Positions 9,830-18,192 of a stretch of 64,000 nucleotides of DNA are shown here, one piece after another. Each line of letters opens with the position of its first letter. Within the stretch, counting starts at the first letter, position 1. The notes below the pieces were generated by a model. It was not told the origin of the DNA. It ran no database searches and saw nothing but the letters and a program-made list of their open reading frames with translations. The position numbers and the translations under genes are program-made. Location: assembly GCA_963790475.1 (NCBI GenBank), contig CAWBOS010000010.1:1472001-1536000 (forward strand), in the 5' to 3' direction. This stretch comes from an uncultured delta proteobacterium (GTDB lineage Bacteria > Desulfobacterota > RBG-13-43-22).

Positions 9830-9898
9830 GGGGCGCGGACTGGTTCCCCTGGAGGCCCTTACAACCAACCAGGCGGGGTTCGACACTCCGGCGCTCCA
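9830..9898 (+). ncRNA. tRNA-like element (7-bp acceptor stem with G3-U70, canonical T arm, atypical D/anticodon arms, no encoded CCA)
   Basis: GGGGCGC/GCGCTCC+A; CGGGG-TTCGACA-CTCCG; inner CCTGG/CCAGG stem. Confidence 0.55.
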
Positions 9899-9967
9899 CT
9901 TAAAAAGTGTTTCAATAACATAACAGACTATTGAGGTTTTGTCAATAGGAGACTTTGAGACTTTGAG

Positions 9968-10783
9968 ATGAACAATTTAAAGACTGAAAAGCAGGAAATG
10001 ATTGTCCGAGGTCTGGTCGAGGGTGCTTCAATACGTAGCTTAGAACGGCTTACAGAGGTCCATAGAGATACTATTATGCGCCTTCTTGTTCGGGTTGGGG
10101 ATTCTTGCGAAAAAATCATGGATTCAACCATGAAAGGGTTAACCTGCAAAAACATAGAGGTTGACGAGATATGGTCTTTTGTCGGCAAGAAGCAACGGCA
10201 CGTTGGCTTAGATGATGATCCTTCTAAGGTAGGTGATTTTTATACCTTCGTGGCCCTTGATTCAGATACTAAACTGATCCCCGCTTATAGGGTTGGGAAA
10301 CGTGATCTTTTCAATGCCCAGGCTTTTATAGATGATTTGGCCTCTCGTCTTAAAAACCGAGTTCAATTAAGTTCAGATAAATTACCCGCCTATGTTGAAG
10401 CGATTGAATCAACCTTTGGGGCCGATATTGATTATGGGCAAATTGTAAAGTCCTACGAGGCCGAACCACTTGGACCAGGTAGATACAGTCCTCCAAGGGT
10501 CGTTTCCGTCCTAAAAGAGTATATTTCCGGTAGTCCTGATTGGAATAAGATATGTACTTCTTATATTGAAAGGTCAAACTTAACAATGAGGATGCAAATA
10601 CGCCGGTTTACCCGTTTAACCAATGCTTTTAGTAAGAAACTGGAAAATCTCAAGGCGGCGGTTGCCCTTCATTTCGCCCATTATAATTTTGTGAGGGTTC
10701 ACGGAACAATCAAGGTTACTCCTGCAATGGAGGCAGGAATCACGGACCATATCTGGTCAATCCGTGATCTCATTTCAAATTAG
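9968..10783 (+). CDS. IS1-family (single-ORF) DDE transposase
   Basis: N-terminal HTH (EGASIRSLER..VHRDT), DEIWSFVGKK, LSSD, TSYIERSNLTMR..RRFTRLTNAFSKK, TPAMEAG; stop codon lies within the right IR. Confidence 0.88.
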   Translation: MNNLKTEKQEMIVRGLVEGASIRSLERLTEVHRDTIMRLLVRVGDSCEKIMDSTMKGLTCKNIEVDEIWSFVGKKQRHVGLDDDPSKVGDFYTFVALDSDTKLIPAYRVGKRDLFNAQAFIDDLASRLKNRVQLSSDKLPAYVEAIESTFGADIDYGQIVKSYEAEPLGPGRYSPPRVVSVLKEYISGSPDWNKICTSYIERSNLTMRMQIRRFTRLTNAFSKKLENLKAAVALHFAHYNFVRVHGTIKVTPAMEAGITDHIWSIRDLISN

Positions 10784-10919
10784 GACACTACCGGGAGTCG
10801 GGGAGGCTTGACTCCAAATCGGTGAAGGCTTATACTTAAAAACAATGCACAACGCAATTTGCGCCCTGGACAGGATGGCGGTTTTCCCGTCTTAAGAAAC
10901 AAAGGTACGAGGTTAGACA

Positions 10920-11801
10920 ATGAATCGGAGGAATTTTCTCAAACTTTCGGGGTTCTTCATCTTCATGAACGGATTGTTGCCAAGAATTCTCTGGGCCAAG
11001 GAGCCAGCGGTTGTCGCGGTCGCCGAGGGCCAGGACTACGGATTGATTACCAGAAATGCCATCAAGGCCCTGGGAGGAATGAGCCGGTTTGTGAAGGCCG
11101 GCGATACGGTGGCCGTCAAGCCGAATATGGGCTGGGATAGGAAACCGGAACAAGCGGCCACCACCCACCCGGCCGTGGTCAGGGCCATCGTCGAGGAGTG
11201 CCTCAAGGCCGGGGCCAAGAAGGTCAAGGTCTTTGACAATCCCTGCAACGACATGAGAAGGAGCTACGAGAACAGCGGCATCCCCGCCGCATTGAAAGAT
11301 CTCAAGAACGTGGACGTCCGATATGTGGAAGAGGAACGTTATAAAAAGGTGAACCTCAAGGGGACATTCCTGAAAGAATGGGAGCTTTACGGTGAGGCCC
11401 TGAACGCGAACGTTCTCATAAATGTCCCCATTGCCAAACACCATTCCCTTACCGGCCTGACCTTGGGACTCAAGAACATGATGGGCATCATGGGGGGAGA
11501 TCGGGGGTTTATCCACCGGCAGATCGAAGATGCCCTGGCCGATGTGAACAGTGTGGTAAAGAGCCATCTGGTGGTGATCGATGCCACCCGCATTCTCACA
11601 GCCCATGGTCCTACGGGGGGCAGTCTAAGGGACGTGAAAATCGTCAACAAGGTGATCGCCTCGACCGATATCGTGGCGGCTGACGCTTATGCAACGGGTC
11701 TTTTCGGGCTCAAGCCTCAGGACATACCGATCACGGTTACCGCCTATAAAAGGGGGCTGGGTGAGATGAATCTGGATAAGGTGAAGATAATAAAGGCCTA
11801 A
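10920..11801 (+). CDS. DUF362 domain protein with Tat-like signal
   Basis: RRNFLK; VKPN, THP, PIAKHH, TLGLKNMMG, DIVAAD. Confidence 0.85.
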   Translation: MNRRNFLKLSGFFIFMNGLLPRILWAKEPAVVAVAEGQDYGLITRNAIKALGGMSRFVKAGDTVAVKPNMGWDRKPEQAATTHPAVVRAIVEECLKAGAKKVKVFDNPCNDMRRSYENSGIPAALKDLKNVDVRYVEEERYKKVNLKGTFLKEWELYGEALNANVLINVPIAKHHSLTGLTLGLKNMMGIMGGDRGFIHRQIEDALADVNSVVKSHLVVIDATRILTAHGPTGGSLRDVKIVNKVIASTDIVAADAYATGLFGLKPQDIPITVTAYKRGLGEMNLDKVKIIKA

Positions 11802-11898
11802 CCAAACCTATTTGAAATTTTACTGTTACTCGTTACTCGTTGTTCTTTTTTCCAGTATCAATCCAACCCTACTTGCTTGATAGAGAGACCTTTGAAAA

Positions 11899-13398
11899 AT
11901 GAAGACCAGCTTGTCCCGCTATTTTCAGCTAGGCTTCCTGGCCATTTTTCTCTTCCTCTTTGTAACCACCGACTACCGGGGTAAGGACGAGATCTCTGTA
12001 GCCCTTAACGCCTTCTTCCGGGCCGATGCCCTGGTCGCGGTGAGCTATTTTTTGTCGGCCAAAACATTTACGCTCCTTCTCTTACCCGGCCTTTTGGTTC
12101 TCCTGTTCTCTCTCCTCCTGGGCCGGTTTTTTTGCGGATGGATCTGCCCCCTGGGTACGGTCATAGACCTGGTCACTGATCGGATAAAAAAGGGACGCCC
12201 ACTCGCCTTTCTTAAGGGCAAGCTAAAATATTATTTGCTCTTCACCCTCCTCTTTGCCGCCCTTTTCAACATGAACCTTTCCGGTCTCTTTGATCCCATG
12301 GCCATCCTCGTCCGCTTCCTGACCTTCTCATTTTATCCGCTCTTTGGTTTTCTGGCCAGAGAAGGATGGGTAGGGCTATATCGGATTCTCGGGGATTCGA
12401 GGGATTACCTGGATCCGGGCTATAACTTCCTTAAAAGCTACCTGCTCCCTTTTCGGGAGACCTTCTACCCCCTGGCCTTCATCTCGCTCATCTTCCTGGC
12501 CATCGTTCTGGTATTGGAAAGGTTCGAGCGGAGAAACTGGTGCCGGAACCTCTGTCCTCTGGGCACGCTCCTGGGGCTTCTGGGCCGCTTCTCCATGTTC
12601 CGAAGGCTTCCGGCCAGGCTCTGCGCCGACTGCGGCGACTGCCGGACCCATTGTCCCACCGCTTTCGATGAGGAGATATTACAGAAACCCGACTGTATCC
12701 TCTGCCTTGACTGTCAGAGGAAATGTGCCTATCAGCGCGTGAGCTTCCGCCTTTCCCTGAAGACCGGGAAAGAGCCCCTTTTCTCCCCCGGCCGAAGGGT
12801 TTTTTTGACCGGGATTGTTTCGGGGCTTTTTGCCTCACAGATCTTTACGGTCGTTTCGGCTGAGAGGCAGACACGCCTATTGCGTCCTCCGGGCGTCGGG
12901 AATGAGGAGGACTTTTTGAAAAGGTGTGCAAGGTGCGGTGAGTGTATGAAGGTCTGCCTGAAGAGCGCCCTTTATCCCGCCTCCTTCCAGGCAGGTCCGT
13001 ATGGTTTTTACTCGCCGGTCCTCCAACCCCGCCTCGGCTACTGCGAATACAACTGCAGCCTCTGCGGCCAGGTGTGTCCCACGGGGGCCATACCGAAGCT
13101 GCCTCTGGCGATCAAAAAAAAGGCGGTCATCGGATTGGCCGTTTTCGATAAGAATCACTGCCTGCCTTATGCCAAGAAGATGAACTGCATGGTCTGCGAG
13201 GAACACTGTCCCATTCCCGACAAGGCGATCCGGTTCGAGTCTGTTGAAGAAGCCGACTATAACGGAAAACGGATCACCCTTAAGAAACCCTACGTGGTCG
13301 ACGAGTTGTGCATCGGGTGTGGTATTTGTGAATACGTCTGCCCACTGGAAGAAAAGGCCGGGGTAGAGGTTTTTAAGATGGCCAAGAAAAAACGGTAG
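11899..13398 (+). CDS. Membrane polyferredoxin (NapH/MauN-like fused to NapG/MauM-like)
   Basis: GRFFCGWICPLG, WCRNLCPLG, several CxxCxxCxxxCP motifs, LRPPG. Confidence 0.85.
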   Translation: MKTSLSRYFQLGFLAIFLFLFVTTDYRGKDEISVALNAFFRADALVAVSYFLSAKTFTLLLLPGLLVLLFSLLLGRFFCGWICPLGTVIDLVTDRIKKGRPLAFLKGKLKYYLLFTLLFAALFNMNLSGLFDPMAILVRFLTFSFYPLFGFLAREGWVGLYRILGDSRDYLDPGYNFLKSYLLPFRETFYPLAFISLIFLAIVLVLERFERRNWCRNLCPLGTLLGLLGRFSMFRRLPARLCADCGDCRTHCPTAFDEEILQKPDCILCLDCQRKCAYQRVSFRLSLKTGKEPLFSPGRRVFLTGIVSGLFASQIFTVVSAERQTRLLRPPGVGNEEDFLKRCARCGECMKVCLKSALYPASFQAGPYGFYSPVLQPRLGYCEYNCSLCGQVCPTGAIPKLPLAIKKKAVIGLAVFDKNHCLPYAKKMNCMVCEEHCPIPDKAIRFESVEEADYNGKRITLKKPYVVDELCIGCGICEYVCPLEEKAGVEVFKMAKKKR

Positions 13399-13502
13399 GA
13401 CAAAAGGACCAATGGCTGATCATCCCCTTGACAGCTATGAAAAGAAGGCTGACATTCCGGAGTGTAGTGTTAGATAAAACGAATAACGATTTTGGAGGTA
13501 CT

Positions 13503-14648
13503 ATGAAAAAGACGGATGAGGAACGTTCAGTAAACCGGAGAGATTTACTGAAGATCGGGGTGGCCGGGGCGGCGACCCTGGGTCTTACGGGCGTAGGAAA
13601 TCTCTTCGGGGCCGAACCGGCCGCTACGCTTGCCTTTCGCACGCTGGGCCGAACCGGGCTAAAGGTCACCAGCCTCAGCTTCGGGGCCATGCTCACGCCG
13701 GAGTCCGAGGTGATAAGAGCCGGTCTCGATATGGGCATCAACTATGTGGATACGGCCCGGCGGTATCTGAACGGAAGAAGCGAAGAGGTTGTCTCCAGGG
13801 CCCTGAAGGGAATACGCGACAAAGTAGTCGTGGCCACGAAAACCCAGCCGGGCTCAAACACCAGGGAGGCCATCATGAAGGACGTGGAGACCAGCCTGGT
13901 GCATCTCCAGACCGACCATATCGACGTGATCCAACTCCACAGTCTTCAAAGTCCCCAACGGGCCTTCATCCCCGAGGTACGAGAGGCTTACGTCAGACTC
14001 AGAGAACAGGGGAAAGTCCGTTTCTTCGGCGTTACCACCCATACCAACCAGGCCGAGGTCATCGACGGGGTGGTGAACGACCCGGAGAAGTTTTTCGATA
14101 CCGTCCTGGTGGACTATAATTTCAAGTCGGACCCATCCGTAAAAGCGGCCATCGCCAGGGCCAAGGCGGCGGGAATCGGCGTGATCGCCATGAAAGTTCA
14201 AACAGGCCATTATAAGACGGACGTACCCGGAGACGCGGCCATCCACCAGGCGGCTTTGAAGTGGGTGCTTGACGACACCAACGTCGCTACGGCCATCGCC
14301 GGGATGAAAACCCTGGAGCACATCAAGGAACTGATGCCGGTTATGGGGACGAAGGTTACCGGCGCCGATGAGCGCATCCTGGCCAGATACGGAAAGGCCA
14401 TCGATTCTTACTACTGCCGGCGTTGCGGGCAGTGCCAGAACACCTGCCCCCAAGGGGTAGATATAAGCTCGGTGAACCGGGCACTCATGTATGCCGAGGG
14501 CTATAAGGAATTCGAACTTGCCAAGGCCACCTTCGATGAGGTATCCGGGGCCGCTCTATGTTCGACCTGCCCTGAATGTGTTGCCCGGTGCGTGAACGGT
14601 TTGAACATCGCCGAAAAGATGCGTCAGGCCGGGAGCCTATTGGCATGA
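13503..14648 (+). CDS. Aldo/keto reductase with C-terminal 4Fe-4S domain and Tat-like signal
   Basis: RRDLLK; RTLGRTGLKV, DTARRY..G.SE, ATK, IDVIQLH; CRRCGQC..CP. Confidence 0.88.
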   Translation: MKKTDEERSVNRRDLLKIGVAGAATLGLTGVGNLFGAEPAATLAFRTLGRTGLKVTSLSFGAMLTPESEVIRAGLDMGINYVDTARRYLNGRSEEVVSRALKGIRDKVVVATKTQPGSNTREAIMKDVETSLVHLQTDHIDVIQLHSLQSPQRAFIPEVREAYVRLREQGKVRFFGVTTHTNQAEVIDGVVNDPEKFFDTVLVDYNFKSDPSVKAAIARAKAAGIGVIAMKVQTGHYKTDVPGDAAIHQAALKWVLDDTNVATAIAGMKTLEHIKELMPVMGTKVTGADERILARYGKAIDSYYCRRCGQCQNTCPQGVDISSVNRALMYAEGYKEFELAKATFDEVSGAALCSTCPECVARCVNGLNIAEKMRQAGSLLA

Positions 14649-15571
14649 CCCGTTATGTTCTAGTCTCCATTCTTTGCACGGCGGTCGCGCTGTCTGCCTT
14701 CTCTCCGCCGTCAGCGGCTGCCCAGAAGCTCGAGGGTTTCCTCCCGGCGAGTTGTGTTCCCGGTTGGGCTATGGAGGGCCAGGTGGCGGCTTATACCCCG
14801 GAGAACCTTTACCGGTATATCGATGGGGAAGCCGAGATCTATTTGCCCTACGGCTTCAAGAAGGCAGTGACCGTGAGATACGTAAAAACCGATACTCCCA
14901 CAGCCGGCCCCCAAGATAAGGGGATGGTAGTCAATATCTTCGAGATGGGGTCGCTGCTGGACGCCTTTGGCATCTATGCGAACTACCGTAGTTCAACGCT
15001 GCCGCAATTGAAGGTGGGCGCGGAAGGTTTTCTCGATGAAACAGAACTGATGTTCTATCGGGACCGTTACTTCGTTCAGGTCGAGTCCTCGGGGTCGCTC
15101 ACCCAGGAAGCGGGTCTGTTTCAATCCTGCGCCGAAACCGTCTCCGGAAACCTTCCCCAAGGGGGGGAAAAGCCCCGGGAAATCGGGCTTCTCAACGTGT
15201 CCGGCGCCGTTGCCCTCACCGAAAAATATTATCCCCGGGGGCTGCTCGGCCACGGCTTCTTCGGAAGGGGTCTCACCGTGGAGGTGACGATCAAGGGGGA
15301 GCCGGCCAAGGCCCTGGTCATACTGGCCGGGTCAGAGGAGGCGGCCGGGCGGATCTTTGACGAATACAGGAAATATCTCGAGGAGGCCAAGGTTATACCC
15401 CAAATCTCCGGCGATAAAAAAGGGACCTCTCTCCGGGTGATCGATCCCCTTTACAAGGGTACGGTTTTGCACCAGTCGGGTTCGTTTGTGGTGGGCGTCG
15501 TGGGCCTCAGGGAACCCCATGAAGGGGATGGCATCGTCTCTCAACTCTTGGAGCGGCTGCCCGGCAGGTAG
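14645..15571 (+). CDS. Exported hypothetical protein (DUF6599-like)
   Basis: Signal peptide; NLYRYIDGEAEIY..YGF, IFEMGS..DAFGIY; ATGA overlap with the AKR gene. Confidence 0.7.
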   Translation: MTRYVLVSILCTAVALSAFSPPSAAAQKLEGFLPASCVPGWAMEGQVAAYTPENLYRYIDGEAEIYLPYGFKKAVTVRYVKTDTPTAGPQDKGMVVNIFEMGSLLDAFGIYANYRSSTLPQLKVGAEGFLDETELMFYRDRYFVQVESSGSLTQEAGLFQSCAETVSGNLPQGGEKPREIGLLNVSGAVALTEKYYPRGLLGHGFFGRGLTVEVTIKGEPAKALVILAGSEEAAGRIFDEYRKYLEEAKVIPQISGDKKGTSLRVIDPLYKGTVLHQSGSFVVGVVGLREPHEGDGIVSQLLERLPGR

Positions 15572-15582
15572 GCCTGGCCGAA

Positions 15583-16653
15583 TTATGATCCGCAACGGGA
15601 CCAGGAAACACGAATAACGGTCCCTTTCCCAATTCCGGATTCAAGATCAAAAGAGCCCGAAGAAAGTTGGGCTCTTTCTTTCATGGTGGAAAGACCCAAG
15701 CCTCTTCTGACCCTATCCTGTTCAAACCCTTGCCCGTTATCCTCAATCGTCAATTCTATTCTACCATTTCTTTCTTGAAGAGACAGGCCTACCAGATTGG
15801 CCTGGCTATGTTTGGCGATATTATTCAGGGCTTCCTGACAGACCCTATAGATCGCCGTTTTTAGGAAATCGGTTAACTCCCTTTCCGACAAGTCAATCTG
15901 TTTTTCCAAACGGATGTGCGAATAGGTTCTTTGGTACTCGCGGCAGAACCAGTTGATGGCCGGCACGATTCCCAGGTCATCCAAAAGAGAAGGGCGTAAA
16001 TCAGACATGATCCTGCGGGTTTCTTCGATGACGGATCGAACTCGGTCCAGGAGGTCTTTTAATCCCGCCTGGGTGTTTTCGTCCTGCTCCGTCCGGCCCA
16101 GGATTTTCTCAATACTGAATACGATGGCCCCCAAAGATCCGGCAACGCTGTCGTGAAGCTCCCCGGCAATTCTTTTTCTTTCCTTCTCCTGGGCGTTCAA
16201 AAGTTCTGATGAGAGATATCTGAGTTGTCTTTCTGATTCCTTCAACTGCTCTTCGGCCTGCTGATGCTCCTCCTTTTCTCTTAATTCCTGCAAAGCCCGG
16301 TTCATGGCCGGCACCAGTTTGGAAAGATTATCCTTGAGGATATAGTCGGTTGCTCCATTCTTAAGGGTTTCGATCGCCAGACCTTCCCCCATTTTTCCTG
16401 TAATAAAAATAAAGGGTAGTTCCGGGAATTTTTCCTGTGCAATTTTGAGGGCGGAGATGCCGTCGAAAGCGGGGAGAGAATAGTCGGCAAAGATCAGTTC
16501 AAAATCTTTCTGCGCAAGGGCATCGAGGAAAGCCGCCTGCGTATCAACCCGGACGATGTCGCAGGCCACCCCTTCCGAGATCAGCATTTCCCTTATCAGT
16601 TCCGCGTCTCTCAAATCATCTTCGAGATGGAGTATTCGCAATGATCCTTTCAT
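15583..16653 (-). CDS. Hybrid REC + HisKA_3 histidine kinase
   Basis: ILHLEDD..DYSLP..FITG..K receiver; ERKRIAGELHD; QEALNNIAKHS, DNGQGF, GLGL. Confidence 0.9.
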   Translation of the reverse strand: MKGSLRILHLEDDLRDAELIREMLISEGVACDIVRVDTQAAFLDALAQKDFELIFADYSLPAFDGISALKIAQEKFPELPFIFITGKMGEGLAIETLKNGATDYILKDNLSKLVPAMNRALQELREKEEHQQAEEQLKESERQLRYLSSELLNAQEKERKRIAGELHDSVAGSLGAIVFSIEKILGRTEQDENTQAGLKDLLDRVRSVIEETRRIMSDLRPSLLDDLGIVPAINWFCREYQRTYSHIRLEKQIDLSERELTDFLKTAIYRVCQEALNNIAKHSQANLVGLSLQERNGRIELTIEDNGQGFEQDRVRRGLGLSTMKERAQLSSGSFDLESGIGKGTVIRVSWSRCGS

Positions 16654-16751
16654 GGAATTACCTTTCTTGAGTATCGGAAGTGTCCAGTATTCTCCCGGGT
16701 GACCGGGAATTCAGGTCTCACAGAACAGGGCCTGGGAAATTACCCCGGCAC

Positions 16752-17213
16752 TTACGCCCTGCCCTTTCCCACGCTCCCCGGCGGCGGTTCATTGATCATT
16801 CCCCAGAATATACCGAGTCCTTTAACGGCGTTAATGAATTCATGGAAATCAACGGGTTTCACCACATAGGCATTAACCCCCAACTCATAGCATCTTCCCA
16901 AGTCTTCTTCCTGACGGGAGGAGGTCAGGACGATCACCGGAATTGTCTTTAATTCTTCATCCGCCTTTATCCGGGCCAGCACTTCCAACCCGCTGACCTT
17001 GGGAAGTTTCAGATCGAGCAAAATGGCCGCCGGATTGCCATCAATAAATGTTTCGAAGTTGCCGCTGCGGGATAGATAGGCCAGGGCTTCTTCACCGTCT
17101 CGGGCCACAACCACTTCGTTGACCAGATGGTATTCAGAGAGCGCTTCAAGAGTGAGTTCCACATCTTTAGGATCGTCTTCAACGAGTAAAATGCGTTTCA
17201 TTTCTTTCATCAT
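16752..17213 (-). CDS. Single-domain response regulator (Rcp1-like)
   Basis: ILLVEDD, LLDLKLPKVSGLEVL, LTSS, NAYVVKP, FWGMINEPPP. Confidence 0.92.
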   Translation of the reverse strand: MMKEMKRILLVEDDPKDVELTLEALSEYHLVNEVVVARDGEEALAYLSRSGNFETFIDGNPAAILLDLKLPKVSGLEVLARIKADEELKTIPVIVLTSSRQEEDLGRCYELGVNAYVVKPVDFHEFINAVKGLGIFWGMINEPPPGSVGKGRA

Positions 17214-17229
17214 TTTAAACTTAAACTCC

Positions 17230-18192
17230 TTATTTTGGAAGTGAAAATGAAAAAGTGGCCCCATGGTCTATTTTACCCTCAGCCCAGGTTTGGCCTCCAT
17301 GGCGATGAATGAGGCGCTGGACATTGGCCAGTCCGATGCCCGTTCCTTCAAAGTCCTCCTGACGGTGAAGGCGCTGGAACACGCCAAAAAGTTTGTCTTG
17401 ATATTTCGGATCGAACCCGACCCCGTTGTCCCGAACAAAAAATATAAATTCGTCCTTCTCGGGGATACACCCAATTTCGATTTCGGCTTCCGGCCTCGGC
17501 CGGGTAAACTTCACGGCATTGGAAATAAGATTGACGAACACCAGACGAAGCATTGAGCTGTCACAATAGACTTCCGGCAACTCCCCGACCTTCCAGGCAA
17601 TGTCTCTCTCTTCCGTTTCTTCTTGTAATTCCTTAAGAACTCCCTTTACCAGATCTCCTAAAGGGACCCTGTTCTTCTTCACTTCAGATCGGCCGATACG
17701 TGAAAAAGCTAAAAGGTCATCGATCAAAACCCCCATCTGCTTCGCCGATTCGGAAATGGTATCCAGATAATGGAGAGTAGTCTGATCAAGAACGGAGGAG
17801 GCCTTTTTTTGTAACATCATAGCAAATCCGGTGATATGCCGAAGCGGCGCGCGAAGATCATGAGATATAGAGTATGAAAAACCCTCCAGCTCTTTATTCG
17901 CGGCCTCAAGTTGCGCCGTCCGTTCCAGGAGCTCACGGTTGGCAACTTCCGCTTTGGATCGCTCCACATCAAAGTCTTCCAGGAGGTTCAACATGGCCCG
18001 CTGCGTCTCCTCAAACTGGGTCTTTTCCCCGGCAAAGTCTTCCAGGATGTTCACGGTGGCCCGCTGCATCTCCTCCAGACGGGCCTTCTCTTCCGCGAAG
18101 TCTTCCAGGATGTTGTGCATCGCCTTGGTGTAGTCTTTGATGTCCATGATCGCCGAGGCTACCGGCAATAGCTGAAGGGATTGAGCGATCAT
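17230..18192 (-). CDS. Cytoplasmic HisKA histidine kinase with three N-terminal 21-aa repeats and no sensor domain
   Basis: FSYSISHDLRAPLR, NLISNAVKF, DNGVGF, GTGIGL; 63-bp repeat period (aagtcttccagga at 17972, 18035, 18098). Confidence 0.92.
   Translation of the reverse strand: MIAQSLQLLPVASAIMDIKDYTKAMHNILEDFAEEKARLEEMQRATVNILEDFAGEKTQFEETQRAMLNLLEDFDVERSKAEVANRELLERTAQLEAANKELEGFSYSISHDLRAPLRHITGFAMMLQKKASSVLDQTTLHYLDTISESAKQMGVLIDDLLAFSRIGRSEVKKNRVPLGDLVKGVLKELQEETEERDIAWKVGELPEVYCDSSMLRLVFVNLISNAVKFTRPRPEAEIEIGCIPEKDEFIFFVRDNGVGFDPKYQDKLFGVFQRLHRQEDFEGTGIGLANVQRLIHRHGGQTWAEGKIDHGATFSFSLPK

Larger units (their letters stand above)
7177..10792 (+). mobile_element. IS1-family transposon carrying three passenger genes (3616 bp)
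   Basis: Perfect 19-bp terminal IRs ggtagtgtcctaatttgaa (7177-7195) / ttcaaattaggacactacc (10774-10792); 8-bp TSD gggagtcg at 7169-7176 and 10793-10800; transposase at the right end. Confidence 0.92.

Noticed and set aside
9830-9898. Canonical tRNA-Val or tmRNA gene
   Set aside because: Anticodon stem does not close a 7-nt loop, the D arm is reduced, and there is no tag reading frame; kept only as tRNA-like.
17944-18132. 63-bp periodic repeat as a CRISPR array
   Set aside because: In-frame coding repeats with similar 'spacers'; no cas genes in the window.
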